DNA of 64,000 nt, from sequence record MT446408.1. One strand, written 5' to 3'. Below the pieces are notes generated by a model. The model was given only the letters and a program-made list of their open reading frames with translations, was not told the DNA's origin and did no database searches. The first letter of the stretch is position 1, and every line of letters begins with the position of its first letter. Source of the DNA: Escherichia virus TH35. Positions 39,763 to 48,673 of this stretch are shown here, one piece after another. Both the position numbers and the translations under genes were made by a program.

Positions 39763-39998
39763 GAACTTTAACCGAACTCGATGTTTTGAAAGACGTTGCA
39801 GCCGCGCTGGGCGTTGAAGTCTCTGAAAAGTCGACACTGGGTGCTCTGCGTCGTGATTTACTCGAAGCCGTCGACCGCAACGATTTTGATCGTAAGTGTT
39901 TGCAAAAGAAGATTCGACAGGCAGTAAGGGCGGGTAAGCGATTCCGTGCCAGGTCGTTTGCCGCAAGAAAACTCGACCTTCAGCACGGAATGCTTTAA
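39759..39998 (+). CDS. Hypothetical basic protein (79 aa)
   Basis: ORF track; ATGA overlap with upstream gene. Confidence 0.55.
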   Translation: MRTLTELDVLKDVAAALGVEVSEKSTLGALRRDLLEAVDRNDFDRKCLQKKIRQAVRAGKRFRARSFAARKLDLQHGML

Positions 39999-40001
39999 TT
40001 G

Positions 40002-41462
40002 TTAAAGGTTAGAGAAGAAGCCGGATGCTGCAACAATTGGTTTCATCAACGCCATGATTGCTGCGTCCGCTTTGTTAGGCGATTTGACTCCACGCTTTGC
40101 CATATCCTTTTTCGATTCAACTTTAAACTTACCAAGCACAGACGTGTCTTTGCGCGGCGCTGACATCTCAAAAAGAAATGTCTCAATTTCTTCCGCAGAC
40201 CAAGCAGGAATCCCAAGTTCTGGAATGCCGTCTGTGTCGATGGAAATCAGCTCATCAGTCGGGTATACAGCCTGCCCTGTTGCATACTCATATGTCTTCC
40301 TGAATCGTTCGGCAATCTCAGTCCATTTTTGCGCTTTTATGTTTGCGAAATGGTCTTTATTGAGTATTTCAACGTGTGGTAACTCAAGGAAGACGTCATC
40401 AGGATCATCAACAGCACCTTGCGCGTTGAACGCATTAAATTCGATTCTTGGGAATGTTGGATTTTCATGGATTGCATACTCATTAAGCTCATCAAATTTT
40501 GAACCAGCAAATGCACCAACACCGATGGCGTCATAGGTAATTGATGCGCCGAATGTTAATGCATCTTTCCAAACTCCGCTTGCGGACTTAAGCAATTCAT
40601 CTTCCAGACCTTCCCATGTCTTGATGCCGCGCAATACGTTGCCCGTGACAAATGCTGTGGCGTTTAAGTCGTCGCCGTCGTCTGCCACGTCAAAGCCTAT
40701 ACGGTTAGACCCTGACAAGCTCCATCCCAACGTAGGGTGTTTGTGGAGGTTTAGCGCGGCCTTGACGAATGCACGGTTGATGACCGACTTGTCGCCGCCT
40801 GTCTTCGGTACTCCGCCATAAACGTGTTCTGCCTTTTTCGGGTCGCGCTCATACATGCCAGCGATAACGTCCAGCATTGTTTGCGACAAGAATGGATTGT
40901 CCTGCCAGTTAATCTTCTTAACAATGGCATTTTTAGGCGGTCGCATAACAAAGTTCTGGTAGACGAAATCAGCCTCTTCATCAGGGTTAAATATGATCCA
41001 TATTTCGGACCCTTCCTTACGAATTGTCGGCTCAATAATATCCCACTGCTCTTCAGTCAGCGCGTGCGCTTCTTCAAGCCAAAGAACGTCAACACCTTCT
41101 GTTGATTTGATTTCGTCAACGTTGCGTGCGATACCGTAAAATAAGAATTCAGATTTTGTTCTTTTGTGTTCAATGGAGTTCTTTAATAAGTTGAACTCAT
41201 CTTTGAAATCAGAAATTTCTATTTTGTCTTTTAATAGCGTATATACTGATTCAGAAATCTTGTTCTGGAATTGTCGAACGCAAAGGAATTTTAATTTAAA
41301 ATTTGCCGCCAAATAAATAGCAAAACCAGCGGCATCATGCGATTTGGAAGATGCACGACCGCCGTATATAACTTTGTATCGCGCTTTCGTCTTCCAGACT
41401 TCTCTTAAAGCAGGATTCAACTGGTACATGACTTTCCAATTATGTGTTAATATTTTATTCAT
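40002..41462 (-). CDS. Terminase large subunit
   Basis: ORF track 486 aa; Walker A-like VIYGGRASSKSHDAAG; nuclease-type C-terminal half. Confidence 0.9.
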   Translation of the reverse strand: MNKILTHNWKVMYQLNPALREVWKTKARYKVIYGGRASSKSHDAAGFAIYLAANFKLKFLCVRQFQNKISESVYTLLKDKIEISDFKDEFNLLKNSIEHKRTKSEFLFYGIARNVDEIKSTEGVDVLWLEEAHALTEEQWDIIEPTIRKEGSEIWIIFNPDEEADFVYQNFVMRPPKNAIVKKINWQDNPFLSQTMLDVIAGMYERDPKKAEHVYGGVPKTGGDKSVINRAFVKAALNLHKHPTLGWSLSGSNRIGFDVADDGDDLNATAFVTGNVLRGIKTWEGLEDELLKSASGVWKDALTFGASITYDAIGVGAFAGSKFDELNEYAIHENPTFPRIEFNAFNAQGAVDDPDDVFLELPHVEILNKDHFANIKAQKWTEIAERFRKTYEYATGQAVYPTDELISIDTDGIPELGIPAWSAEEIETFLFEMSAPRKDTSVLGKFKVESKKDMAKRGVKSPNKADAAIMALMKPIVAASGFFSNL

Positions 41463-41470
41463 ATTATAGT

Positions 41471-41499
41471 TTGCTTGCGACAGCTATATCAAGTAAAAT
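41471..41499 (+). promoter_or_regulatory. Candidate sigma70-like promoter (TTGCTT-N17-TAAAAT)
   Basis: Read from sequence; lies in divergent intergenic region between terminase and + strand genes. Confidence 0.3.
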
Positions 41500-41539
41500 T
41501 ATGATTCCAGCTTAGTAGTGGATAAAGGATGATCTTTTC

Positions 41540-41568
41540 GGCCAGATTCTTTCTGGCCATTTTTTTTA
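41540..41568 (+). terminator. Terminator-like hairpin (GGCCAGA...TCTGGCC) followed by T8, immediately upstream of an RBS
   Basis: Read directly; unusual position 5' of gene 41582. Confidence 0.5.
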
Positions 41569-41581
41569 TCAGGAGTAAATC

Positions 41582-41812
41582 ATGGCCCTAGTAAATATTC
41601 AACTCACTCCATCTTACACTTCCGTTCTTTCTGTTGCTGAAAACGTATCAGGCGCACTTATTCAAGTTCGCGGCGGTGCCGCAGAGATCTGTTTCGAAGA
41701 AAAAGCCGATGACAAGTTGATCGGCATCGCAGTTGTTGGCACGGTCACAATCCCGCCAGGCGTTGAGATTTTCGCGAAAGGAAGCGGCACATTAGTCGTG
41801 TCTTCTCACTAA
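41582..41812 (+). CDS. Hypothetical protein (76 aa)
   Basis: ORF track; RBS AGGAG upstream. Confidence 0.55.
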   Translation: MALVNIQLTPSYTSVLSVAENVSGALIQVRGGAAEICFEEKADDKLIGIAVVGTVTIPPGVEIFAKGSGTLVVSSH

Positions 41813-41901
41813 TCATTTGCCATGGACGGCATAAATTCACAAAAAGTTTGCCTTTCTGAAACTCTGCGTTATAATCATATTAACTCAAAACCGGAGGTAA
41901 T

Positions 41902-42117
41902 ATGAAACTCATCGACCGTGCCATCAAAGCCATTGATAACCACTCCACCGCGCTTGCTTTCGTGATGGGATTTTGTTTCACTGCTGCGTTTGGCGACGTT
42001 CACACATTCAAGTCTGTCATCTTGTGCTGGTCCATCTGGTCCCTTATTTCTCTGGTTTTGATTCTTCCGATGACGTGGCTTGTTCTTACTTGTCTTGAAT
42101 CTCAAGGTGAAGACTGA
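41902..42117 (+). CDS. Small multi-pass membrane protein (71 aa), holin candidate
   Basis: ORF track; two to three hydrophobic segments. Confidence 0.45.
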   Translation: MKLIDRAIKAIDNHSTALAFVMGFCFTAAFGDVHTFKSVILCWSIWSLISLVLILPMTWLVLTCLESQGED

Positions 42118-42338
42118 TGAGACTATCAATCAAAGAGCGGGCAAAGCGACCCAAAAGGAGTGAGCCAAAGGCCAAATACATATGCGTTGGCGGACCGTTC
42201 GACGGTCAAGCGATGTGGCTTTCAAAATCTAATCCATCGACGGTTGAGTTCAGCCTTCATGGAATGCGCGGCAGGTATCTGCTAAACAGAGAAACAAGCG
42301 GCAGCACATTTGTGGAGTGGAAAGAAAATGGCAAGTGA
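42117..42338 (+). CDS. Hypothetical protein (73 aa)
   Basis: ORF track; ATGA overlap. Confidence 0.5.
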   Translation: MRLSIKERAKRPKRSEPKAKYICVGGPFDGQAMWLSKSNPSTVEFSLHGMRGRYLLNRETSGSTFVEWKENGK

Positions 42339-42561
42339 ATTATCAATCGAAGTACCGAAAGAATGGCTGGATAAGGCATACGCAGATTCTGTAAAAGAAC
42401 TTGCTGTTGTGCTTGGAATCGAAAATGAGTTTAACGTTCAACTTCAATTCCTAAAAGATACTCTTCAAATCAAAGAGAATAGAGAAGCTGGCGGCGGTGC
42501 GCCTTTGGCTCTGGCAATAATCTATGCGGGATTAATTTTGAAGTCTGGAGGCGAACTGTGA
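42310..42561 (+). CDS. Hypothetical protein (83 aa)
   Basis: ORF track. Confidence 0.45.
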   Translation: MWSGKKMASELSIEVPKEWLDKAYADSVKELAVVLGIENEFNVQLQFLKDTLQIKENREAGGGAPLALAIIYAGLILKSGGEL

Positions 42562-42757
42562 ATCGTTGGTGCAGTTGGAAGTTGAAACGTCTCGCCTGGG
42601 CCAATGCCGCCAATTCTGCTGGCCCAATCACCGCTGGTGTTGGGTCGATATGGGACGGCGAAGGACGTTGGGACTCTCTGTGTGGCACGCGCCTATTCTT
42701 TCGCTTAAAATAACATTCGCCCTTCCCGATATGGGAAGGGAATTTAAAGAGGTTATC

Positions 42758-43099
42758 ATGAACAATACTTTATCACAACTGCTAATCTGGACAATTGCTG
42801 CTATCATCGGCACCGTTATTATGATGTCGAGTGCAAAGGCCGATACGGATATTTGCGGCAGACTTATTTCTGAGAATGGCGAGATTTATTATGGCAACTC
42901 AAAAGGCGATTATATATCGCCTGAGGTTTGCGCTCAGAAGAAAGCAGAAATGCAAAAGCAGTATCATGAAGATCAATCTATATCTCAAGCCGCGCTGATT
43001 GAATTAAGTATATCAGCCATCATCTTTCTAATCGTTTTTATGCTCATTATTAAACCAGATAATGGCAGCCACCGTCATATTCCTCTCAAAAGAAATTAA
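42758..43099 (+). CDS. Membrane protein with N-terminal signal/anchor and C-terminal transmembrane segment
   Basis: ORF track 42566-43099; start moved to ATG 42758 with RBS AAGAGG. Confidence 0.45.
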   Translation: MNNTLSQLLIWTIAAIIGTVIMMSSAKADTDICGRLISENGEIYYGNSKGDYISPEVCAQKKAEMQKQYHEDQSISQAALIELSISAIIFLIVFMLIIKPDNGSHRHIPLKRN

Positions 43100-43137
43100 G
43101 GTTATAATACGGTTGTCGACAAAACGAGGACCGTAAA

Positions 43138-45480
43138 ATGCCAAGGCTAATATTCAAAAACAACTTTGAGGTCGCGCTGGCTCAACCAACGACGACTTCA
43201 GACACCACAATCACAATTCGCTCAGGGTCGGGCTTTCCGACTTTGGGCGCAAACGAGCGTGTAGTGGCGACAATCGTCGACGCTGCAACAGGCCTCCAAT
43301 TCGAAATCGTCACAGTAACAGCCGTGGTTGGAAACGTCCTGACCGTGCAGCGTGCTCAAGAAGGAACTGCAGCGCGTGCATGGGCTGCTGGTGACATGCT
43401 TTCCATTCGAACTACTGCCGCGACTTTGACGGGTACTGTCCGAAACTTTGGCGCTGTTCCATCCGGTATGAATTTGAACGCTCTTACTGGCAGCTGGTTT
43501 GGGCAATATTATCAGAACTCTGACGGCGCAGCCTCTTCTGGGTTGAACTATCCTGTTGAGCAGGCAGGAGTCCTAGAGGTGTTGCAAACAGGAGTATCGA
43601 CCGAAAGTTGCATCCAAAAATACACATCATATTCCATCAACAACACTTACCAAAGAAGATTCAATGCGCAAAATAGCACATGGTCTCCTTGGGTGATGAT
43701 TTATTCAGAATCAAGCGTCATACCTGTGTCCAACGGCGGCACGGGTCAAACAACCATTCAGGGGATGAAGTCCGCGTTTGGATTCGGTACAGTTGCTGAT
43801 CAGAATGTCGTCCCTACTTCCATGGGCGGTACGGGCTCAGCAGACAATGCACAAGCATGGCTGAATATTCGTCCACAAGGGTCAACGCCGCTCGCTGGTG
43901 ACCCAGTTAACGATTATGATGCCGCGACCAAGCGTTGGGTTGAAAACTTAGTTAACACAGGCACCATTGGTCCAAGCATGAACGGTGTCATGAACTATGG
44001 CGTTGGTGATTTTCACTTACGCGACAGTCGTGCATATATTCAACCGTATGAAGTCGTTGCTGATGGGCAGTTATTAAACCGCGCTGACTGGCCTGAACTT
44101 TGGTCATATGCGCAAATGCTGTCGCCTATTGCAGATGCTGACTGGCTGGCGGACCCGCAAAAGCGCGGAAGATATTCCTTGGGGAATGGCACCACCACAT
44201 TCCGAGTGCCAGACCGCAACGGCGTCCAGACAGGGTCAATAAAAGAGCTTTTCTGCAGAGGTGATGGCGGCAACCCGACAAACGATGGAATGGTGTATAA
44301 TGCTGCTGCGCCTAACATACTTGCCTATACGCCTCACACAGTGCTCACCGCTGCCAGTGCAAAAGGCCAAGTGGCCACTGATGGGTCTTTCACATCAACG
44401 ACATCCACTAGTGGTGTTTGGCCTACGTCCGGTGGCGAAGGCCTGTATGCGAATATCCGTTTCGACGCTTCCCAATCATCTCCATTGTATGGTCGATACG
44501 GAATCGTGGACAACCTGATACCAAAGAACTTTATTGGCGTTTGGGTGATTCGTGCATCGGGTGGATTTGTTGCCGCGAATACGTCTTGGAGTGTTATAAA
44601 TGGTGATGGCACAAGACCGCCTGGCGGGACGAGAGTTGAATCAGGGAAAGTAAGCGTTGAATACAAGATTGGAACTTCCATTGAAGCGCAAGGAACGGTT
44701 TACACATCAGCAACGATGGGTGGTTCATACTCCACCCAGTTGTCCGTAAAAAACGTCACTGCAGGTAAAGAAAAAGACATCAGCTTGACTGATGACGGTC
44801 TATTGTGGTCTGACCGATTTGCGGCACGTTACGGAACATTGATGTCATGGGCTGAAACAGGTTCAAAGTCAGGCACCTTCTCGATGACGAGACAGGCACT
44901 TGGTCAAAACTATGGCTTTAACAGCCTTATCAGCGGTAGTCAATCTGTTAATACAGGATACGCAACTACTGTTCACCATGGCATGATTCACAACAACAAT
45001 GGAAGTTTTGCGCAAGCTACGTGGATTGCTTCTGGTGATGATGATGCAAAGTATCAAACAAAGATGCAAATCCAGCCTAACGTAGAGGATGTATTTTTTT
45101 CAGTATCCGTTCCAGGCTCTGACAGCTTCTTTACTCTTCAAAAGAATGCCATCTCTGATGAGAATTTGAAGCATGACATACGACCAGGAACGGTTGAAAA
45201 AGCATGGAGCAACCTTTCATCGCTGGAGTATGTAACGTTCATATACAACAATGATGAAAAGGAAAGGATAAGAAGGGGTATTATCGCTCAACAGGCAGAG
45301 ATTATTGACCCTTTGTATGTTAAGACGATTAAATTCTATCCGAGTGAAGGTGTCGAAGTTGAACAAAAACAACTTGACACGACACCTATGCTTTTGGATA
45401 CGATGCACGTGGTGCAGGAGTTGATGAAAAAAGTTGAATCCCTAGAGGCAGAGATAGCCGCGCTGAAAGCAGCAAAATAA
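43138..45480 (+). CDS. Tail fiber/tailspike protein with C-terminal intramolecular chaperone (peptidase S74-type) domain
   Basis: ORF track 780 aa; C-terminal NAISDENLKHDI motif followed by coiled-coil. Confidence 0.7.
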   Translation: MPRLIFKNNFEVALAQPTTTSDTTITIRSGSGFPTLGANERVVATIVDAATGLQFEIVTVTAVVGNVLTVQRAQEGTAARAWAAGDMLSIRTTAATLTGTVRNFGAVPSGMNLNALTGSWFGQYYQNSDGAASSGLNYPVEQAGVLEVLQTGVSTESCIQKYTSYSINNTYQRRFNAQNSTWSPWVMIYSESSVIPVSNGGTGQTTIQGMKSAFGFGTVADQNVVPTSMGGTGSADNAQAWLNIRPQGSTPLAGDPVNDYDAATKRWVENLVNTGTIGPSMNGVMNYGVGDFHLRDSRAYIQPYEVVADGQLLNRADWPELWSYAQMLSPIADADWLADPQKRGRYSLGNGTTTFRVPDRNGVQTGSIKELFCRGDGGNPTNDGMVYNAAAPNILAYTPHTVLTAASAKGQVATDGSFTSTTSTSGVWPTSGGEGLYANIRFDASQSSPLYGRYGIVDNLIPKNFIGVWVIRASGGFVAANTSWSVINGDGTRPPGGTRVESGKVSVEYKIGTSIEAQGTVYTSATMGGSYSTQLSVKNVTAGKEKDISLTDDGLLWSDRFAARYGTLMSWAETGSKSGTFSMTRQALGQNYGFNSLISGSQSVNTGYATTVHHGMIHNNNGSFAQATWIASGDDDAKYQTKMQIQPNVEDVFFSVSVPGSDSFFTLQKNAISDENLKHDIRPGTVEKAWSNLSSLEYVTFIYNNDEKERIRRGIIAQQAEIIDPLYVKTIKFYPSEGVEVEQKQLDTTPMLLDTMHVVQELMKKVESLEAEIAALKAAK

Positions 45481-45487
45481 TTCACTC

Positions 45488-45512
45488 AAGGCGCTGAAAA
45501 GCGCCTTTACTT
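45488..45512 (+). terminator. Rho-independent terminator (weak T-run)
   Basis: GGCGC-TGAAAA-GCGCC hairpin after fiber gene stop. Confidence 0.45.
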
Positions 45513-45561
45513 TATGCGCAATTAAGTTATACTCATTATACGTTAACAAGTGAGGTGATTT

Positions 45562-45849
45562 ATGAAATTTGAAGATATTGATAAGGCTCAGAAAGCAAAG
45601 ACTCTTCCAAAATACTTAATTTGCGGCATCGACCCTGCGGACAAGCGCCTTGTCTTTTTGAAAGCCGTCAAGGGTGATGAACATGGCAACGCAGTTGATT
45701 GGTGCATCCCGCTCTTTGAGACAAAGGGAGAAGCCGAACAGGCATTGTTAGAAAGCAAGATGCCTTCGCATTACAAAGTCAGGACTCAAGATGAAATTCC
45801 AACCTTGATTTTGGACAACATTAACAGCGGAGAAGGCTCTAATGGATAA
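45562..45849 (+). CDS. Hypothetical protein (95 aa)
   Basis: ORF track. Confidence 0.6.
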   Translation: MKFEDIDKAQKAKTLPKYLICGIDPADKRLVFLKAVKGDEHGNAVDWCIPLFETKGEAEQALLESKMPSHYKVRTQDEIPTLILDNINSGEGSNG

Positions 45850-45940
45850 AGAGGCACGACGCTTTGCATTTTGGGGCACGGTTTGTGTTGTCGCCCTGTT
45901 AGGAATTGTTTACGCAATAATTCATGCTGCTGCGGCATAA
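45842..45940 (+). CDS. Small hydrophobic peptide (32 aa), not in ORF track
   Basis: ATG 45842 with RBS GGAGAAGG; hand translation MDKEARRFAFWGTVCVVALLGIVYAIIHAAAA. Confidence 0.3.
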   Translation: MDKEARRFAFWGTVCVVALLGIVYAIIHAAAA

Positions 45941-45943
45941 ATC

Positions 45944-46339
45944 ATGATCATTGATATTGAAAAGGCGCTTAAGCGCGAACTGACGCCAGGTGCAACTCCT
46001 GGTGAAGAGGCTTATTACCGGCCCAAGCCGCAACGCACTAATGATATTCCGGTCTTCAAGCGTACAGTGAATAAAAACGGTCAGCGGTCGCGACCGCGCT
46101 CTATCCGGTCCGGTGAGAAGCTGAAAACGATTCGCCAGTGTCTACAACGACTCGAAATCATGGGTTGTCGCGCTTATATCGACCCTGATGGAAAGGTTCT
46201 GGTGAGAATTGGCAATAGTACACATCTACAGGACGGATTGCCCTGCGGCGAATCCAGACCCATAGCCAAGACCGACCGTGTGGCTACTGGCCGCGAGATT
46301 GAGGAAAGTTGGTTGGGTGCTTTCTTATTAAAATATTGA
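45944..46339 (+). CDS. Hypothetical protein (131 aa)
   Basis: ORF track. Confidence 0.55.
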   Translation: MIIDIEKALKRELTPGATPGEEAYYRPKPQRTNDIPVFKRTVNKNGQRSRPRSIRSGEKLKTIRQCLQRLEIMGCRAYIDPDGKVLVRIGNSTHLQDGLPCGESRPIAKTDRVATGREIEESWLGAFLLKY

Positions 46340-46346
46340 GGATTAT

Positions 46347-46595
46347 ATGAATCAAAATGAATCAGTAGCATTCTTACAATGGCTGGAAGGTGTGGTGGAG
46401 TATAACGCAGCAAACGACCGCTTCATCTTTCAAGGTAAAAGTTACAAGCGCAAAGGTCAAGCCCAGAAAGCTGCGCGCAAGTACTGGAAAGAAGTTTATT
46501 CAGAATTTTTCTCTCAGATGGGTATCGTCGGCGCTACTGTTCACGGCGACCCAGCACAATTGGTATCGATTGATGAATCCAATCGTCACAATTAA
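46347..46595 (+). CDS. Hypothetical protein (82 aa)
   Basis: ORF track. Confidence 0.55.
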   Translation: MNQNESVAFLQWLEGVVEYNAANDRFIFQGKSYKRKGQAQKAARKYWKEVYSEFFSQMGIVGATVHGDPAQLVSIDESNRHN

Positions 46596-46638
46596 CAAAC
46601 CGATTTGAATGCCGCGCCATGCGACTTTATTATAGTTA

Positions 46639-47049
46639 TTGTTAATCACCCTCATGAAAGGTAATGATATGTCAAATAAGAATGATTCTATTCACAATAC
46701 ATATACTAAAGGCAGCGGAATGGCCTTTGGTGGCAGTATCAAAATTGACGTTCCATCTTGCGATTCTGATGGATTGGAAGTCGGCAACCGCGACTTAACA
46801 TGGGTTTTACGTCGCCAATCTGATTTAGAAGAGAAGCTGGAAAATATTGAGCGTTCTCTCGAAAGTTTGCGCGATCAGCTTTTTGGTTGTTCTGAAGATG
46901 ATTCACAACCTGGACCATATGCAGCCAATCATGGTTTGATTGATAATATGCTTGCTATTACCGCTCGATCAATTGGTAAAACTGTGTCCATTGAATCATT
47001 GATCAGCCAGATTGCGGATGGCTTTGGTGATGCCCATAAGAGCGAATAG
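46639..47049 (+). CDS. Hypothetical protein (136 aa)
   Basis: ORF track; true start may be internal ATG near 46669. Confidence 0.55.
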   Translation: MLITLMKGNDMSNKNDSIHNTYTKGSGMAFGGSIKIDVPSCDSDGLEVGNRDLTWVLRRQSDLEEKLENIERSLESLRDQLFGCSEDDSQPGPYAANHGLIDNMLAITARSIGKTVSIESLISQIADGFGDAHKSE

Positions 47050-47079
47050 TGGGTGGATGTTGCTTTAACCGTGAATCGT

Positions 47080-47105
47080 GGGTCGCTGTGGCGGCCCTTT
47101 ATTTT
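47080..47105 (+). terminator. Rho-independent terminator
   Basis: GGGTCGC-TGTG-GCGGCCC hairpin followed by TTTATTTT. Confidence 0.55.
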
Positions 47106-47109
47106 GCCT

Positions 47110-47745
47110 GCCGCGCAGGAGTGTACTGCAAATTTACTGTGGGCACAAAATAGTACGGTACTGTCTAGGACTTTTTCTTTGAAAAGTTAGTGGACCAAAT
47201 GTGTCGTATTTTGATTAGTGTACTGCAAATTTCATCAAGTACCAAAACGCACCAAAAGACCCATGCCCTAAAAACCACACGAACGCAATAATCAATCGCC
47301 GTTACAGTTTCCAGCGTTACAATTCGAAAGCGAATGATTCGATACACAATAATATGAAGCATAATGATTCGAAAGCGAATGATTGCGTGTAGTATAATAT
47401 CGGTGGGGATTATTCTAGATGCATGTAATTTCGCATGCGTACTATTTTCGGACGAAGGGTCGGCATATTCCTCGTTTTAGTTCGGAACGAAGGGAAAGTT
47501 TTGCGCCTTTATAAAACAACGACTTACGCAACCCGCCCTAACGGTCCGATATAGGTGTCTATATAAAACAAGGACTTACGCGATGTTCTCCATTTAACGT
47601 AATACCCGTTATGCGAACTAAGGAGCATCTCGAAGAAGATTATGAGGCGACGAAGGGAAGGATAAAGGAGTTTTCGCGGAGAAGCGCATCGAGATAGGGA
47701 CGAAGAAAAGCCGCGACTAAGCGCGGCCTATTAGTAACGGAAGGA
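47110..47745. repeat. Noncoding repeat-rich region (~640 bp) with several direct repeats
   Basis: TACTGCAAATTT x2, TTCGAAAGCGAATGATT x2, TATAAAACAA(C/G)GACTTACGC x2, ACGAAGGG x3-4 read directly; only one weak 65-aa ORF. Confidence 0.5.
47689..47712 (-). terminator. Rho-independent terminator for acidic paralog A
   Basis: On - strand GCCGCG-CTTAGT-CGCGGC hairpin followed by TTTTCTT. Confidence 0.45.
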
Positions 47746-47747
47746 TA

Positions 47748-48038
47748 TTATAAGGAGACAATTTTAAAATAAGTTACTTCGCCGCCGAGTTGCGGTACAG
47801 CGATATATTCGCCGCCGATTTCGGTAATCGTATAAACGAAGCCGTTAATCGTTACGCGATAGGATACGATGTCCTCGTCGCGATACTTGTAAAGGTCGAG
47901 GAAGTTGATCGGCTCATAAATAGACTCGATAATCGCGTCGACGTTAGAGAGATAAACGCTCTCTAAGGTTTCGCCAAATACGTTAGAGTTTTCGGAAGTT
48001 TCGACGCGAGCGGAACGGATAGCGGCTAAAGTAATCAT
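47748..48038 (-). CDS. Acidic small protein, paralog A (96 aa, net charge about -10)
   Basis: ORF track; RBS AGGAG; own promoter; similar to 48146-48448 and 48674-48958. Confidence 0.65.
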   Translation of the reverse strand: MITLAAIRSARVETSENSNVFGETLESVYLSNVDAIIESIYEPINFLDLYKYRDEDIVSYRVTINGFVYTITEIGGEYIAVPQLGGEVTYFKIVSL

Positions 48039-48105
48039 AATAATCTCCTAGTTGGTCGGGCGGGTAGCGACCTATTCGCTACCTCATCCCCTCTCGATAT
48101 AAAAC

Positions 48106-48134
48106 ATTATAGTATTAGTGTACGAAGAAGTAAA
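48106..48134 (-). promoter_or_regulatory. Sigma70-like promoter TTTACT-N17-TATAAT with upstream CGAAAAAGTGC element
   Basis: Read on - strand; near-identical to promoter at 48577-48604. Confidence 0.6.
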
Positions 48135-48145
48135 GCACTTTTTCG

Positions 48146-48448
48146 TTATTTTGCGATAAAATGTTTATAAGCTTTATCGCCTTCTACGTCGATATACTCG
48201 ACGATAATTAACGCTTCGTCGCGAGGCGTAACCGTCTCGATAAGGGTAACGGCTTCGTCGTCGGTCTTCGCGAAGCGGATGGCGCTACGTTCGGCGTATT
48301 TCATATCGTCGAAGGAAAGGCCGACGAAGGCGAACGCGCGGACCTTAATAGCGGTCCCGTCTAGTTCCGCGTTAACGGCTTTAAGAAGAGAAGCGACGGT
48401 TAAGCGGTCTTCGTCGTAAGTAAGGATAGAAGAGATTAAAGTGGTCAT
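48146..48448 (-). CDS. Acidic small protein, paralog B (100 aa)
   Basis: ORF track 48146-48505; start moved to ATG 48448 (RBS GGGAG) because the promoter -10 lies at 48505-48510. Confidence 0.6.
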   Translation of the reverse strand: MTTLISSILTYDEDRLTVASLLKAVNAELDGTAIKVRAFAFVGLSFDDMKYAERSAIRFAKTDDEAVTLIETVTPRDEALIIVEYIDVEGDKAYKHFIAK

Positions 48449-48504
48449 AATAAAACTCCCGATGCTAGTAGAAGGAAGGGCCATCGCCCGTCTCGATATA
48501 AACA

Positions 48505-48532
48505 AGTATACGCGAGTGTACGAAGAAGTAAA
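48505..48532 (-). promoter_or_regulatory. Sigma70-like promoter TTTACT-N16-TATACT
   Basis: Read on - strand upstream of paralog B. Confidence 0.5.
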
Positions 48533-48576
48533 GAAAAAAGATAAAATAATTTATCTCATTTTTATCGAAAAAGTGC

Positions 48577-48604
48577 TTTACTTTTTTCTACACTATATTA
48601 TAAT
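48577..48604 (+). promoter_or_regulatory. Sigma70-like promoter TTTACT-N16/17-TATAAT with upstream CGAAAAAGTGC element
   Basis: Read on + strand upstream of paralog C; about 60-nt leader to ATG. Confidence 0.6.
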
Positions 48605-48673
48605 GTACTCATATCGGGACGGGATGAGTTAACGAATAGGTCGTTAACGCCCGTCGAGAACTAGGAGTTTAAA

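Noticed and set aside
42566-42757. Long N-terminal extension of the membrane protein gene (ORF track start 42566)
   Set aside because: Extension is Cys/Trp/Arg-rich with no RBS, whereas the internal ATG at 42758 has RBS AAGAGG and begins the hydrophobic segment
47110-47745. Group I intron with conserved core elements
   Set aside because: GATATAG- and GACTAA-like strings occur but in the wrong order and strand for the P-Q-R-S core, and no flanking gene appears interrupted
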